A DNA stretch of 28,710 nucleotides, taken from contig JANOKO010000260.1 in NCBI GenBank assembly GCA_031419335.1, positions 1 to 28,710 of the forward strand, given 5' to 3'. Source of the DNA: Planctomycetota bacterium (lineage in GTDB: Bacteria; Planctomycetota; Planctomycetia; Planctomycetales; Planctomycetaceae). This document shows positions 1-8,420 of this stretch, one piece after another (the first letter of the stretch is position 1; every line of letters begins with the position of its first letter). The notes beneath the pieces were generated by a model, which saw only the letters and a program-made list of their open reading frames with translations, did no database searches and had not been told where the DNA came from. Position numbers and translations under genes: made by a program.

Positions 1-344
1 GGGAAGTCCTTGGCCTCGGCGAGCTTGGTGGCCTGGCCCATTTTATTGATCTTCCAGAGGGTCGTCTCATCGGCGGTGATGAGGTGTTGCCCGACAAAGA
101 CCAGTCCCTTGGGATTGTTGAACCCCGTGGCGAAAGTTGTCACGGTATCGCCATCGAGTGCCACGATGGTGCCATCTCCCTGCTCGTCCCCGTTGAGCAA
201 TGTGACATACAGTTTGCTACCAAACCCCCGGCAGACGCTCTCGGGTTTGTCACCGATCACGATCGTCCGGGGAGTCGTCTCAGCAGCCAGCAGACGGGAC
301 GAGAACAGGCACAGCGCGAGACAAATGAGGGCATGGCGGGGCAT
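1..344 (-). CDS. Secreted beta-propeller protein, SMP-30/gluconolactonase/NHL-like (3' end outside window)
   Basis: Not in the ORF track; translated by hand from ATG at 344: MPRHALICLALCLFSSRLLAAETTPRTIVIGDKPESVCRGFGSKLYVTLLNGDEQGDGTIVALDGDTVTTFATGFNNPKGLVFVGQHLITADETTLWKINK. Signal-peptide-like N-terminus, PESV and F-N-N-P-K-G-L propeller-blade motifs, GGAG 6 nt upstream of ATG. Confidence 0.8.
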   Translation of the reverse strand, partial: MPRHALICLALCLFSSRLLAAETTPRTIVIGDKPESVCRGFGSKLYVTLLNGDEQGDGTIVALDGDTVTTFATGFNNPKGLVFVGQHLITADETTLWKINKMGQATKLAEAKDF

Positions 345-444
345 GGGTGACTCCGGCGGACAGAGGGCGGGACTTTCACGATTCAGTGTAACAGGAGTCC
401 CCCCGAGCAGTCAGCCGATGGGCAATGCTCACGACTCTGACTCT

Positions 445-606
445 GCCCCCTCTCCCCACTGGCGACGAGACTTTCTGTGAGAATGTGGCTGTGGGGAGTG
501 GGCCGGGGTGAGGGGCTTAGAGCGGGCGATGTGGCCCCCTCACCCCAGCCCTCTCCCCCGGAAATGTCCTCTCCGAAAACCAAGCCAATCGCGGGGGAGA
601 GGGGGC
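445..606. repeat. Inverted pair of CCCTCACCCC-type hairpin REP-like elements
   Basis: 534-606 reads GCCCCCTCACCCCAGCCCTCTCCCCCG-(~31 nt)-CGGGGGAGAGGGGGC. 445-516 is a degenerate reverse-complement copy (GCCCCTCACCCCGGCCCACTCCCCAC-(~30 nt)-GTGGGGAGAGGGGGC on the minus strand). Confidence 0.8.
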
Positions 607-688
607 AGGAACTGGCGGCTGCCGACGATTCTAATGCACACCGATTCCGGGGAGACATCTGTCCAATGCCGTGGCACCGTAGAGGCGG

Positions 689-3112
689 TCACGCGGGTGG
701 CTCCCTGAGTTCGTCCACCGTATTCAACAAAGCCTGATCGTCGTGATACCGTTTCAGTCGGCGTTGAAATGAGCCATCCGTCTTGGTGAGGACCAGAACG
801 TGCGGGCTCCCGATTTTCTCCAAGCCGTGTGTGACATCGCTGTTGTGCTCCCGCACGCTTTCGAGAACGTGAGAACGAGAGTTCTCCGCCGCTCGGATGC
901 GTCCGACTTTGGCTATGGGGTCACCCAGGATGGTTTTGAGTTCCTGGCAGAACTTGCATTTGCACTCGATGTCGTTGGGGCGAGCCCAATCGCTCGGCGG
1001 CTGGGGTTCCTGAGAGGTCGCAGCTTGCAACTCCTGCTGCACGGCGAGCAGCCAGAGCTGCACCAAGGCGGGGGGGGCGAGGTCGTGCTTTCGCCATGCG
1101 GTGATTGCGGTCTTCAGCACCGGGACTTGGATCGTGTCCAACGGAAAGCGTTTCGGGTTGGCTTGCACCAGATCGACCACCCGCTTCAAGAGGGGGGCGT
1201 CACCGATCACCCGCAGGATCTGCAACAGGCCGGGCAGGGTCAACACGGCATACGCCGGATCCATGCCATAGTGCCGGTCGGGCAAAGGCTGACAGAACTG
1301 GTCCGCCGCGAGTTGAGCCAGGCGAGGAATCAGCTCTCGGCCCACGGGATCGTCGAACTGGGCCAGAGCCAGCTTCACCAGCCACTCGATATTGCGCACT
1401 AGAAGCCGCTTCGGTTCCGTCTCGAATAGCGCGGTCAGTTCGGCGGCGAACGGCTCGAAGCCGTGCTTGCGGCACATCCCCACCACGAGTCGGTCCAGAT
1501 GGAGATAGGGATCCTGAGTCGCCGCTATGCGGAACAACTGACGGGCCAACTCGGGATCATCGATGGCCGCGAGTTGAGAAGCGAAGACATTCCGGGGTTT
1601 GTTGCTGGAATGCTCGGGCTGATAGTGGTAGGCCGAATTCTTGGGCCAATGGCGGAGGATGGCTTGGGCGAGGGCCAGGCATTCTGGGGCGGAGGTGTCA
1701 TTGCGTTTCTTGCGCGGCGCGGGCTTGGCTGAGGCGACCTTCTGACGCGACGCCTTCTGGTGAGGGACCTGGAGCAGTTCGTCGAGTTGATCGATGGCGA
1801 AGGAGTGGCATTCCTTGGCCAGCACCTCGTAATGCTGGTCCTGGTGCCAGAGGCACATGACCGAGCGATGATACCACCGGTCGAGGGTGTTCCCCGCGTT
1901 GCCGGTGAACCCTTCGTACTCTTCTCGGGTCGGCTTCCAATCATCGATGGGGATACTGGAGACGATCGAGTCGCCGTCGAACCCAAACGACGGGATGTTC
2001 ATCGGTTTCCCGTCGGCGTCGACCCAGTTCTCACCCGTGAGGTACTCGTCGATGACCTCCTGAATCGTGTAGTCGCCAGGTGAGTCGTCGCCATCACCAT
2101 CGTCGTCATCTTCCTCCTCATCGTAGTCGTGCCGACTGCCTCGGCCTCGACGAGAGCGCGAGCCGTAGCCATAGAAGTCATCCTCGTTTTCATCGTAGGC
2201 CGAATAGATGACGTGTCGCTCCACCTGGCAGAACATCACGCGGCAACCCGCCATGTCCGCAGCCGCCATGACGAGTTTCGCTTGGGCGCGGTCGGCTCCT
2301 TTGAGCAGGTCCGGAATGAGGCCATGCTCGGTGTAATGGTGATCGAGGGCAAAGACCAACGGCTCGGCGGGTTTCTTCTCTACCCATTGCGTGATGGCGT
2401 CCGCCAGCATCCCCGCAGGCGAGCTGTCGGTCGGTTTGGCGGGAGCCACCTTCTTGCGCGGCTCGGTGGTCAGGATTAAGTTGTAAGCCAAGCAGAGCCG
2501 GTAGCCGCTGCGGACCTTCGAGACCTCGTGTTCGCAATCGGCATAGAAGGCTGCGTAGCAGGCCGATTTCTCGCCAGCCGCGTCGGCGAAGTCAATCCGT
2601 TCGCTGGAGCCTTGATGGCGAACCGTCAGTTCACCTCCCCGGAATTGTGAGGGTAGGGCCACAATCAGACTTCCCACCATGCGATCGGTTTTCTCACTGT
2701 CCCGATGCGGCAGAAAGAATCCCCCGTTTTTATAGATCAACAGCTTGTAGAGCTGTGGCACGAGACGCTCGGCGGGGAGGCCCAGCCGGGTCGCGATGGT
2801 GACGACGGCCTTTTGGATGGCCTCGATCCACTCGGGATTCGTGATCGTGAACTGGTCGGGGGAGAGTTCGAAGGTGTTGCGCACCGTCGTGTCGACGAGC
2901 GTCTGCAATCCCTTCCCGAACGGGGCTTGTTGACTGACGCTGATGATCTGCTTGGCGATCCCCATCCGGATCGGCCAGGTGATCGGACCGACTCCCGGAA
3001 TCTGGATGTGGGGCAGCATATTGGGGAGACTGCCTTTGACGCAGTATGTCGATAATCGCTTGGCGGTGGCCTCACCGGTGGTGAGGCGTTTAACCAGGGT
3101 GTGAAGTTCCAT
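689..3112 (-). CDS. 2OG-Fe(II) oxygenase family protein with long C-terminal helical extension (807 aa)
   Basis: LYKLLIY..GGFFLPHRDSEK (HxD), FRGGEL, HEVSKVRSGYRLCLAYNL (distal His and 2OG-binding Arg), then LxHxYT and LKGADR motifs typical of this long family. Confidence 0.85.
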   Translation of the reverse strand: MELHTLVKRLTTGEATAKRLSTYCVKGSLPNMLPHIQIPGVGPITWPIRMGIAKQIISVSQQAPFGKGLQTLVDTTVRNTFELSPDQFTITNPEWIEAIQKAVVTIATRLGLPAERLVPQLYKLLIYKNGGFFLPHRDSEKTDRMVGSLIVALPSQFRGGELTVRHQGSSERIDFADAAGEKSACYAAFYADCEHEVSKVRSGYRLCLAYNLILTTEPRKKVAPAKPTDSSPAGMLADAITQWVEKKPAEPLVFALDHHYTEHGLIPDLLKGADRAQAKLVMAAADMAGCRVMFCQVERHVIYSAYDENEDDFYGYGSRSRRGRGSRHDYDEEEDDDDGDGDDSPGDYTIQEVIDEYLTGENWVDADGKPMNIPSFGFDGDSIVSSIPIDDWKPTREEYEGFTGNAGNTLDRWYHRSVMCLWHQDQHYEVLAKECHSFAIDQLDELLQVPHQKASRQKVASAKPAPRKKRNDTSAPECLALAQAILRHWPKNSAYHYQPEHSSNKPRNVFASQLAAIDDPELARQLFRIAATQDPYLHLDRLVVGMCRKHGFEPFAAELTALFETEPKRLLVRNIEWLVKLALAQFDDPVGRELIPRLAQLAADQFCQPLPDRHYGMDPAYAVLTLPGLLQILRVIGDAPLLKRVVDLVQANPKRFPLDTIQVPVLKTAITAWRKHDLAPPALVQLWLLAVQQELQAATSQEPQPPSDWARPNDIECKCKFCQELKTILGDPIAKVGRIRAAENSRSHVLESVREHNSDVTHGLEKIGSPHVLVLTKTDGSFQRRLKRYHDDQALLNTVDELREPPA

Positions 3113-3232
3113 GGGCGAGCAGGGAGTGGGAGTAAGAAGTGGAGAGAGTCATTCGACTGGTCGCACCGCATTCTGACAACGGCCCTCTCGGTCGAAAAGT
3201 GACTACAGAGTCGTTATAGGAGGACAGGCGGG

Positions 3233-4123
3233 GTGGACGATGACCGACCAGTGGGCGAAACTGCGGATTGTGATCCCACTCTCGATGTAGTCCACATGGA
3301 ACTGCGAACCTTTGCCGAACGCATCCTGCTGTCGTCTTCGATGGGGGCGAAGCTGGAGCCATTGGGCGGAGCGATCGAGGATCGTGAGCCGGGACTGGCG
3401 GTACGGATCGAGACGCCTTCCCGCCCGGAGCACCTCCAGTTTGCGGCACCTCGCACGACACCGTCAATGCCGCATCCGCTGGCCTTGAGCGATGAGTACA
3501 AGCGGGCGGTCGCACACCACATCATGGCCAATCACGAGCTGCAGGCACTCGAAGTCATGGCCTGGGTGTTGTTGGCGTTTCCCGATGCTCCCGCAGAATT
3601 TCGAACGGGAATGGCCCGCGTCATGGCCGATGAACAGCGGCATACGCGCATGCACATAGAGCGGGCCGCGAGGCTCGGGCTGGAGTTTGGTCAACTGCCC
3701 GTGAACTGCTACATCTGGAAACAGACGCGGTCGTTTGAGACCTTACTCGATTATCTTGCGGTGCTGCCACTGGTGTTTGAGGCGAGGAACCTCGACCATA
3801 CGCTGGAACTCGAGAAGGCATTCCTGGCCGTCAACGATCCACGCAGTGCAGCACTCATGCGGAGGATCCACGAGGATGAGATCGAGCATGTCGCCTTCGG
3901 CATGCACTGGCTGCGAACACTCAAACAACCGACCGACACGGAGTGGGAGGCGTACTGTTCTCACCTGAAGTGGCCCATGTGCGTCACCAAATCCGTCGGA
4001 GATGAATTCCAGCGTGAGGCCCGACTTCAATCCGGGATGTCACCCGAGTTTATCGACCGCGTTTGGGCCCAGAAACAGTCGACCACGGCACCGCCTGATC
4101 ACAAGCAGGACAAGCATGTTTGA
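3233..4123 (+). CDS. Ferritin-like di-iron protein, DUF455 family
   Basis: NHELQALE, DEQRH, EARNLD and DEIEHV carboxylate/ExxH motifs. AGGAGG 9 nt upstream of GTG 3233; alternative ATG at 3296. Confidence 0.85.
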   Translation: MDDDRPVGETADCDPTLDVVHMELRTFAERILLSSSMGAKLEPLGGAIEDREPGLAVRIETPSRPEHLQFAAPRTTPSMPHPLALSDEYKRAVAHHIMANHELQALEVMAWVLLAFPDAPAEFRTGMARVMADEQRHTRMHIERAARLGLEFGQLPVNCYIWKQTRSFETLLDYLAVLPLVFEARNLDHTLELEKAFLAVNDPRSAALMRRIHEDEIEHVAFGMHWLRTLKQPTDTEWEAYCSHLKWPMCVTKSVGDEFQREARLQSGMSPEFIDRVWAQKQSTTAPPDHKQDKHV

Positions 4124-4514
4124 GCATCGTAAAAGTGACATGTTGTCACGGACCGCCTTTCTCCTGCGGCTAATGCGCAGCTTCGGGGTCACGCTGATGA
4201 TCATTGCGTTTTCACTGGGCGTCGGGAGTGCGGGTTATCATCACTTCGAGGGGATGGCATGGGTGGATGCATTGTTAAACGCTGCCATGATCCTGACAGG
4301 CATGGGCCCCGTGACCCCCATGCAGAGCTTGAATGGCAAACTCTTCGCCACGTTTTACGCGCTGTATAGCGGAATTGCATTTCTGACCATCATGGCGGTC
4401 CTGTTAGCTCCCATCGTCCATCGCGCGATGCACCGGTTTCATTTGGATGATGAGGGCCAGGATGTTGACACAGACGAGCCCACTACTCCACCAGTCGTCC
4501 ACCGGGATTCTTGA
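4116..4514 (+). CDS. Small 2-TM + pore-helix membrane protein, K+-channel-like (Ion_trans_2-like), 132 aa
   Basis: Start placed at MFEHRK (ATG 4116, overlapping the upstream TGA by 8 nt). TM1 GVTLMIIAFSLGVGSAGY, pore helix WVDALLNAAMIL, filter-position TGMGP, TM2 GKLFATFYALYSGIAFLTIMAVLLAP. Confidence 0.75.
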   Translation: MFEHRKSDMLSRTAFLLRLMRSFGVTLMIIAFSLGVGSAGYHHFEGMAWVDALLNAAMILTGMGPVTPMQSLNGKLFATFYALYSGIAFLTIMAVLLAPIVHRAMHRFHLDDEGQDVDTDEPTTPPVVHRDS

Positions 4515-6681
4515 TGATCTCGGTGAAGATGTCAGTCAGTCGCTGCTCGTACTCGGCGGGATTGCCGGAGCCGCGCGGGCTGAGGCCGGATTTGTCGGTC
4601 TCGGCCATGCGAGCCAGGCGGTCCATGAAGTTGTAGTCGGTGCCCAGTCCGATGCCGACCGGATAGAGGACGGTGTTCTCGCCCTCAAACGTGGCACCTT
4701 GCATCAGAGCAGAGTTCAGCCACAGATACCCGCTGTTGTAGTAATCCGCATGGGGATTGGTGGCGATGTAGCCATTGATGGTTCCCGTGGACGATTGCCA
4801 TGCGTTGGGCACGCCATCGGTGAGCAAGACGACGACCTTCTTGGCAAACGTCCGTCCCTGCCCCCCCTGCGAGGTCGGTTTGAGGTGCGCGCGAGCGGCA
4901 ATTAGCCCGGCTTCGATGGCTGTCGTGGCTCCGATGTCCGACACCGCTTGCAGCGTCGTACAGCTCACCATTGCATTGGTGTAGTTGCTGGTGAGCGACT
5001 GAACGAGGACCGGTGCGTGGTCGCTGTCAAGACCATCAAAGGAGATGATCGCCACGCGGTCTCCTGCCCCGGAGGACAGCCCCGCGTTACGGTCCTTGAC
5101 GATCTTCAGGGCGGCAATCAGCGACCGACGGCAGGCGTGCATCGGTTGCTCGCGTGGGGGGAAACTGAATGTGCCGCCGGCGGTCTCCTCATCGTGATAT
5201 GCACAGTGCGGACTCTGAACGGAGAGCTGAGTCTTGGTGCCCACGTCCGGCTGGGCGTTGCCACTCCCGGTGTCGACATCCGGGCTACGGTCACGCCCGA
5301 AGTCCAGTATGAACTGGACGTAAGTCAGGTAGCCGATCTTGTTCTGGCCGCCATTCATGTCGGTCCAGTCGAGCCAACTCGGGTTGGAGAACGTGTACCG
5401 GTTCGGATTGTTGTAGCCCCAGAAGTTGTCGCCATCGCAACTCGGAGGCACATAGACGAGACCCATTTGGCCGAGCCGGGGCACACCGGGCAACGTGCCG
5501 CTGGTGGTGTAGGGAACATACCCCGTCACCAGTCCCGCCACGGATGTCATCAGGGGAGTGGCCAATCCATAGCTGGCGGCGATCCGGGGCTGACGCCGTG
5601 GAACTCGTGCTGCAACCACGGGCGAAGTGGCGCTCGCATCGGGAAAGTACTGACCCAGAGGTGGCTCCGGCGGAGGTGGGGGCGGTGGATCGTCCGGGGG
5701 ATCGGTGGGTGGGCTTCCACCGCCATCATCATCATCAGGATCTGGCGGTGGCGGCGGGGGCGCAATCCCCACACTCGGGCAGTAGATCAGATAGTCGATG
5801 TACTTCTCCCAATACCCGTAATTCGTCGTCGAATCCGGTGTCGGCTTGGCCGTTGGCATCAACACCGCAATTTGGTTGTCGATGATCCAACTGTAAGCTT
5901 TGACCCGCCGAGTCTGCTCGGTGTCCGCGACATCAATGCGATATTGTGCGGCGATTGACAGATCGGCCAGCGGACCGTCGTCCTTGGTCATTTCCGCATA
6001 GGCATAGCTGTCTACAGGCACTCCCACTGGCTGCCCCAAGTGTTCCAGGACACCGGGATAGGTTCCGAATCCCAGATCGGAGTACAGATCCTGAATCAGC
6101 GGAGTCGCCACATTGGGATACCCGCTGCCCGCGTAAATCCCGTTGATTGTTCTGGTAGCCCACTGTGGTTCGGTGTCGTCATTCATGGATCCGCTGGTGT
6201 CGACGACAAACACGATATCTCGCGGATTGAGCATCGCCGTCGAATGGGCTTGTGTGTCGAAATTGTGATGACCGATCACGGGGGCAAAGAAAAAGGGCCT
6301 GTCATTCACTCGGGTAATGACTCGGATGGCATTGGCACCCGTGGAGGTCTCGGTAAATGTCTTGTTGACGAAATCAAACCGCCCGAAGATGACATCGGTA
6401 TCGGGCACGACAATCGCACCTCCAGCCGCTCGATGGAAAGCTGCGTACTCTTGGGCCGTTTGTCGTGCAGCCTCCTCTCCGTCACCCAGACTGGTGACGC
6501 CCGCCAGTGCCGCGGAATCGGAAGCGTTCTGCAACTCGCCGCAAGTCAGAGCCATGTAACCCACGTCGACGGAAAATGCGACAAAGGCAAACACAAACAC
6601 CATGAGCAAGGCAGACAGAATGAGTACCGACCCCCGTCGAGGTGCGGCGGACTGCTGCGGGAATAGGGTACGCATGGGCAT
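4483..6681 (-). CDS. TadG-like (Tad/Flp pseudopilin N-terminus) von Willebrand factor A protein
   Basis: RRGSVLILSALLMVFVFAFVAFSVDVG...ELQNASDSAALAG prepilin-like/Tad N-terminus; DIVFVVDTSGSM MIDAS, VAIISFD, TAIEAGL and VVLLTDG vWA motifs. Start moved from TTG 6720 to ATG 6681 (or 6675). Confidence 0.85.
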   Translation of the reverse strand: MPMRTLFPQQSAAPRRGSVLILSALLMVFVFAFVAFSVDVGYMALTCGELQNASDSAALAGVTSLGDGEEAARQTAQEYAAFHRAAGGAIVVPDTDVIFGRFDFVNKTFTETSTGANAIRVITRVNDRPFFFAPVIGHHNFDTQAHSTAMLNPRDIVFVVDTSGSMNDDTEPQWATRTINGIYAGSGYPNVATPLIQDLYSDLGFGTYPGVLEHLGQPVGVPVDSYAYAEMTKDDGPLADLSIAAQYRIDVADTEQTRRVKAYSWIIDNQIAVLMPTAKPTPDSTTNYGYWEKYIDYLIYCPSVGIAPPPPPPDPDDDDGGGSPPTDPPDDPPPPPPPEPPLGQYFPDASATSPVVAARVPRRQPRIAASYGLATPLMTSVAGLVTGYVPYTTSGTLPGVPRLGQMGLVYVPPSCDGDNFWGYNNPNRYTFSNPSWLDWTDMNGGQNKIGYLTYVQFILDFGRDRSPDVDTGSGNAQPDVGTKTQLSVQSPHCAYHDEETAGGTFSFPPREQPMHACRRSLIAALKIVKDRNAGLSSGAGDRVAIISFDGLDSDHAPVLVQSLTSNYTNAMVSCTTLQAVSDIGATTAIEAGLIAARAHLKPTSQGGQGRTFAKKVVVLLTDGVPNAWQSSTGTINGYIATNPHADYYNSGYLWLNSALMQGATFEGENTVLYPVGIGLGTDYNFMDRLARMAETDKSGLSPRGSGNPAEYEQRLTDIFTEIIKNPGGRLVE

Positions 6682-6819
6682 CTCGTCACGAAAACGAACC
6701 GAGACTGCGACATACAGCAACCTCTTCGAACCCTACGTTGCCCAAGGATGGCTGCAACTTGGGCCGGAAGACACGAATCAAACTCCAAGTGCAATACAGG
6801 AGTTATGCGCGCAATCACG

Positions 6820-6836
6820 TTGAAAACGATTCTCAT
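6820..6836. promoter_or_regulatory. Possible Fur-family box upstream of the tadG-like gene
   Basis: TGAAAAC-G-ATTCTCA (6821-6835) matches the 7-1-7 Fur consensus TGATAAT-N-ATTATCA at 11/14 positions. Intergenic, ~140 nt upstream of the ATG. Confidence 0.3.
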
Positions 6837-6869
6837 GTCTGTCCCGAGAATAACGGTCATTCGGTTCAG

Positions 6870-8216
6870 TCAGTCGTTCCAGGCCCGTGTTTCATGCCTC
6901 ACGGGGAGTGTCGGAGTCGATCCCGCTGGCAGGGGAGACATCTGGGAAACCACCATCTCGGCGTTGAGATCCACTCCTCCAACCAGTCCCAACACCGTCC
7001 GTCCGACACGATTTGTCATGGCCGCCGAGTCAACGCCCGAGGGGACCGGATACGTGCGTGTCGGCCACAAGGGGGCATCCCCCAGCACCTGCGGTTGCCA
7101 CTCAATCGACTCGTCGAGTTGCTGACGACGAATCAACGTGCAGATCACCATCCAGTCGAACAGGTTTTGCAACTCCGCAAAGACCGGATGGGCCACAGCT
7201 AATTCGGGAATGTGATCGGTAAACTGCTGCACGAACTTCGTCGTGCCATACTTGTTCGAGGGCGCACTGGTCCGTTGCCCTTGAGTTGTGGTGTACTCAT
7301 CTTGTCCCAATAGTTGCAGCCTCTGCCCCGACAAGTGAAACAACGTCCGGTCTGCATTGGCTTCAATCGGATCATACAGAGGCACAAACCACCAACGACT
7401 CGACGCAGCGTCGCCCAGCCGCATCAACGACAGATGGCTCGTGACACCCCGCACTCCACTGGGATCTTTTCCGAGCGCGATGCGTTTCATCCGCAGATCG
7501 GCCTCGACCAGAACGACGGCGAAGTGAGTGTCCTTCGGCACACCATTGACCGAGATCACTTGCCGCCCGAGCTTGCTGGCCATCGTGTCAAACATTTTGC
7601 CTGCGGAAAAGTTGGCGGAAGCCGCCAGGGGCTGGCTGGTGTAAGCCTTGAATGCTGCGAGCCCTTCGGGCGTGGGGTCGATCGAACAACTGACACTGGA
7701 GATGTCCGAATGGGTCGTACGCCACGCGACCAGCAGATCCTCCAGGTTCAAAACGGGTCGCCCTGATGTGACTCCCCGCATCCGTCCCTGCAAGTCTGGA
7801 GCGAACCCTTCGGCGGGCCCTACCAGTGCGATGTCGCGCGTCTCGCGATCCACCACCAGGTAATCGATCCGCGTCAGTCCCGCCAGATATTTCAACTCCG
7901 CAGGAACCTCGCCACCCGCTTTTGCGATCTCTGCCAGTTGTGCATCCAGTTGTCGCAACGAGACCCGTCTCGATTCCGTCTGGGCAGTCAGAGGTACCGA
8001 CAGATGAGATGTGAGGAACGCCAACTGCCGCTTTTTGGCCGCAGCGACCGACTCCTTCAGGGGAACCAGAGAGGACACCACCCCGTCCGCGTCGATGAGA
8101 ATTCCGCCAGCAGCGTTGTTGTTATTGTTGTTGTTCTGTGCAAAGACATCGATGTTGCACAGCATCCAGAGGGCCAGGCAGAGGCAACCTCTCCAGAGAG
8201 CAATTCGCAGGCACAT
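6870..8216 (-). CDS. DUF1598 domain-containing secreted protein
   Basis: Signal peptide ending VFA-Q, then N7-AAGGILIDADGVV, LAGLTRIDY, DIALVGPAE, SCSIDPT, VLVEADLRMKRIALG and ELQNLFD motifs recognised as DUF1598. Start moved to ATG 8216 (MCLRIALWR). Confidence 0.8.
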   Translation of the reverse strand: MCLRIALWRGCLCLALWMLCNIDVFAQNNNNNNNAAGGILIDADGVVSSLVPLKESVAAAKKRQLAFLTSHLSVPLTAQTESRRVSLRQLDAQLAEIAKAGGEVPAELKYLAGLTRIDYLVVDRETRDIALVGPAEGFAPDLQGRMRGVTSGRPVLNLEDLLVAWRTTHSDISSVSCSIDPTPEGLAAFKAYTSQPLAASANFSAGKMFDTMASKLGRQVISVNGVPKDTHFAVVLVEADLRMKRIALGKDPSGVRGVTSHLSLMRLGDAASSRWWFVPLYDPIEANADRTLFHLSGQRLQLLGQDEYTTTQGQRTSAPSNKYGTTKFVQQFTDHIPELAVAHPVFAELQNLFDWMVICTLIRRQQLDESIEWQPQVLGDAPLWPTRTYPVPSGVDSAAMTNRVGRTVLGLVGGVDLNAEMVVSQMSPLPAGSTPTLPVRHETRAWND

Positions 8217-8420
8217 GTCATTCACCCATTGATGGGGACGTGAAAACAACAATCCGTCGGCCTGTATGCTATCAAACAGCACCATAAACTGGTGAAAAAA
8301 GTGCCTCGATACCCCAATTCCTCCAGGGGCAATCGCAACCAGCTATTCACTTGCCTGATACCACTTCCCTGTCAGAATGCAGAGGTCTCCGGGCGAGCTT
8401 CTCGATCCTGATCGAATCCC

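Noticed and set aside
10-480. 156-aa plus-strand ORF at the window start
   Set aside because: It is the shadow of the minus-strand beta-propeller gene (1-344), which has a signal peptide, an SD and recognisable motifs.
4948-5958. Long antisense ORFs (e.g. 4948-5958, 15937-16833, 20235-21167, 1105-1860)
   Set aside because: They lie opposite well-supported genes, have no motifs, and are expected shadows in high-GC coding DNA.
6722-6740. GGTTCGAA T-loop-like motif (minus strand), and GGTTCCGAATCCC at 6061
   Set aside because: No cloverleaf, acceptor stem or D-arm can be built, and the second lies inside a CDS. Not tRNAs.
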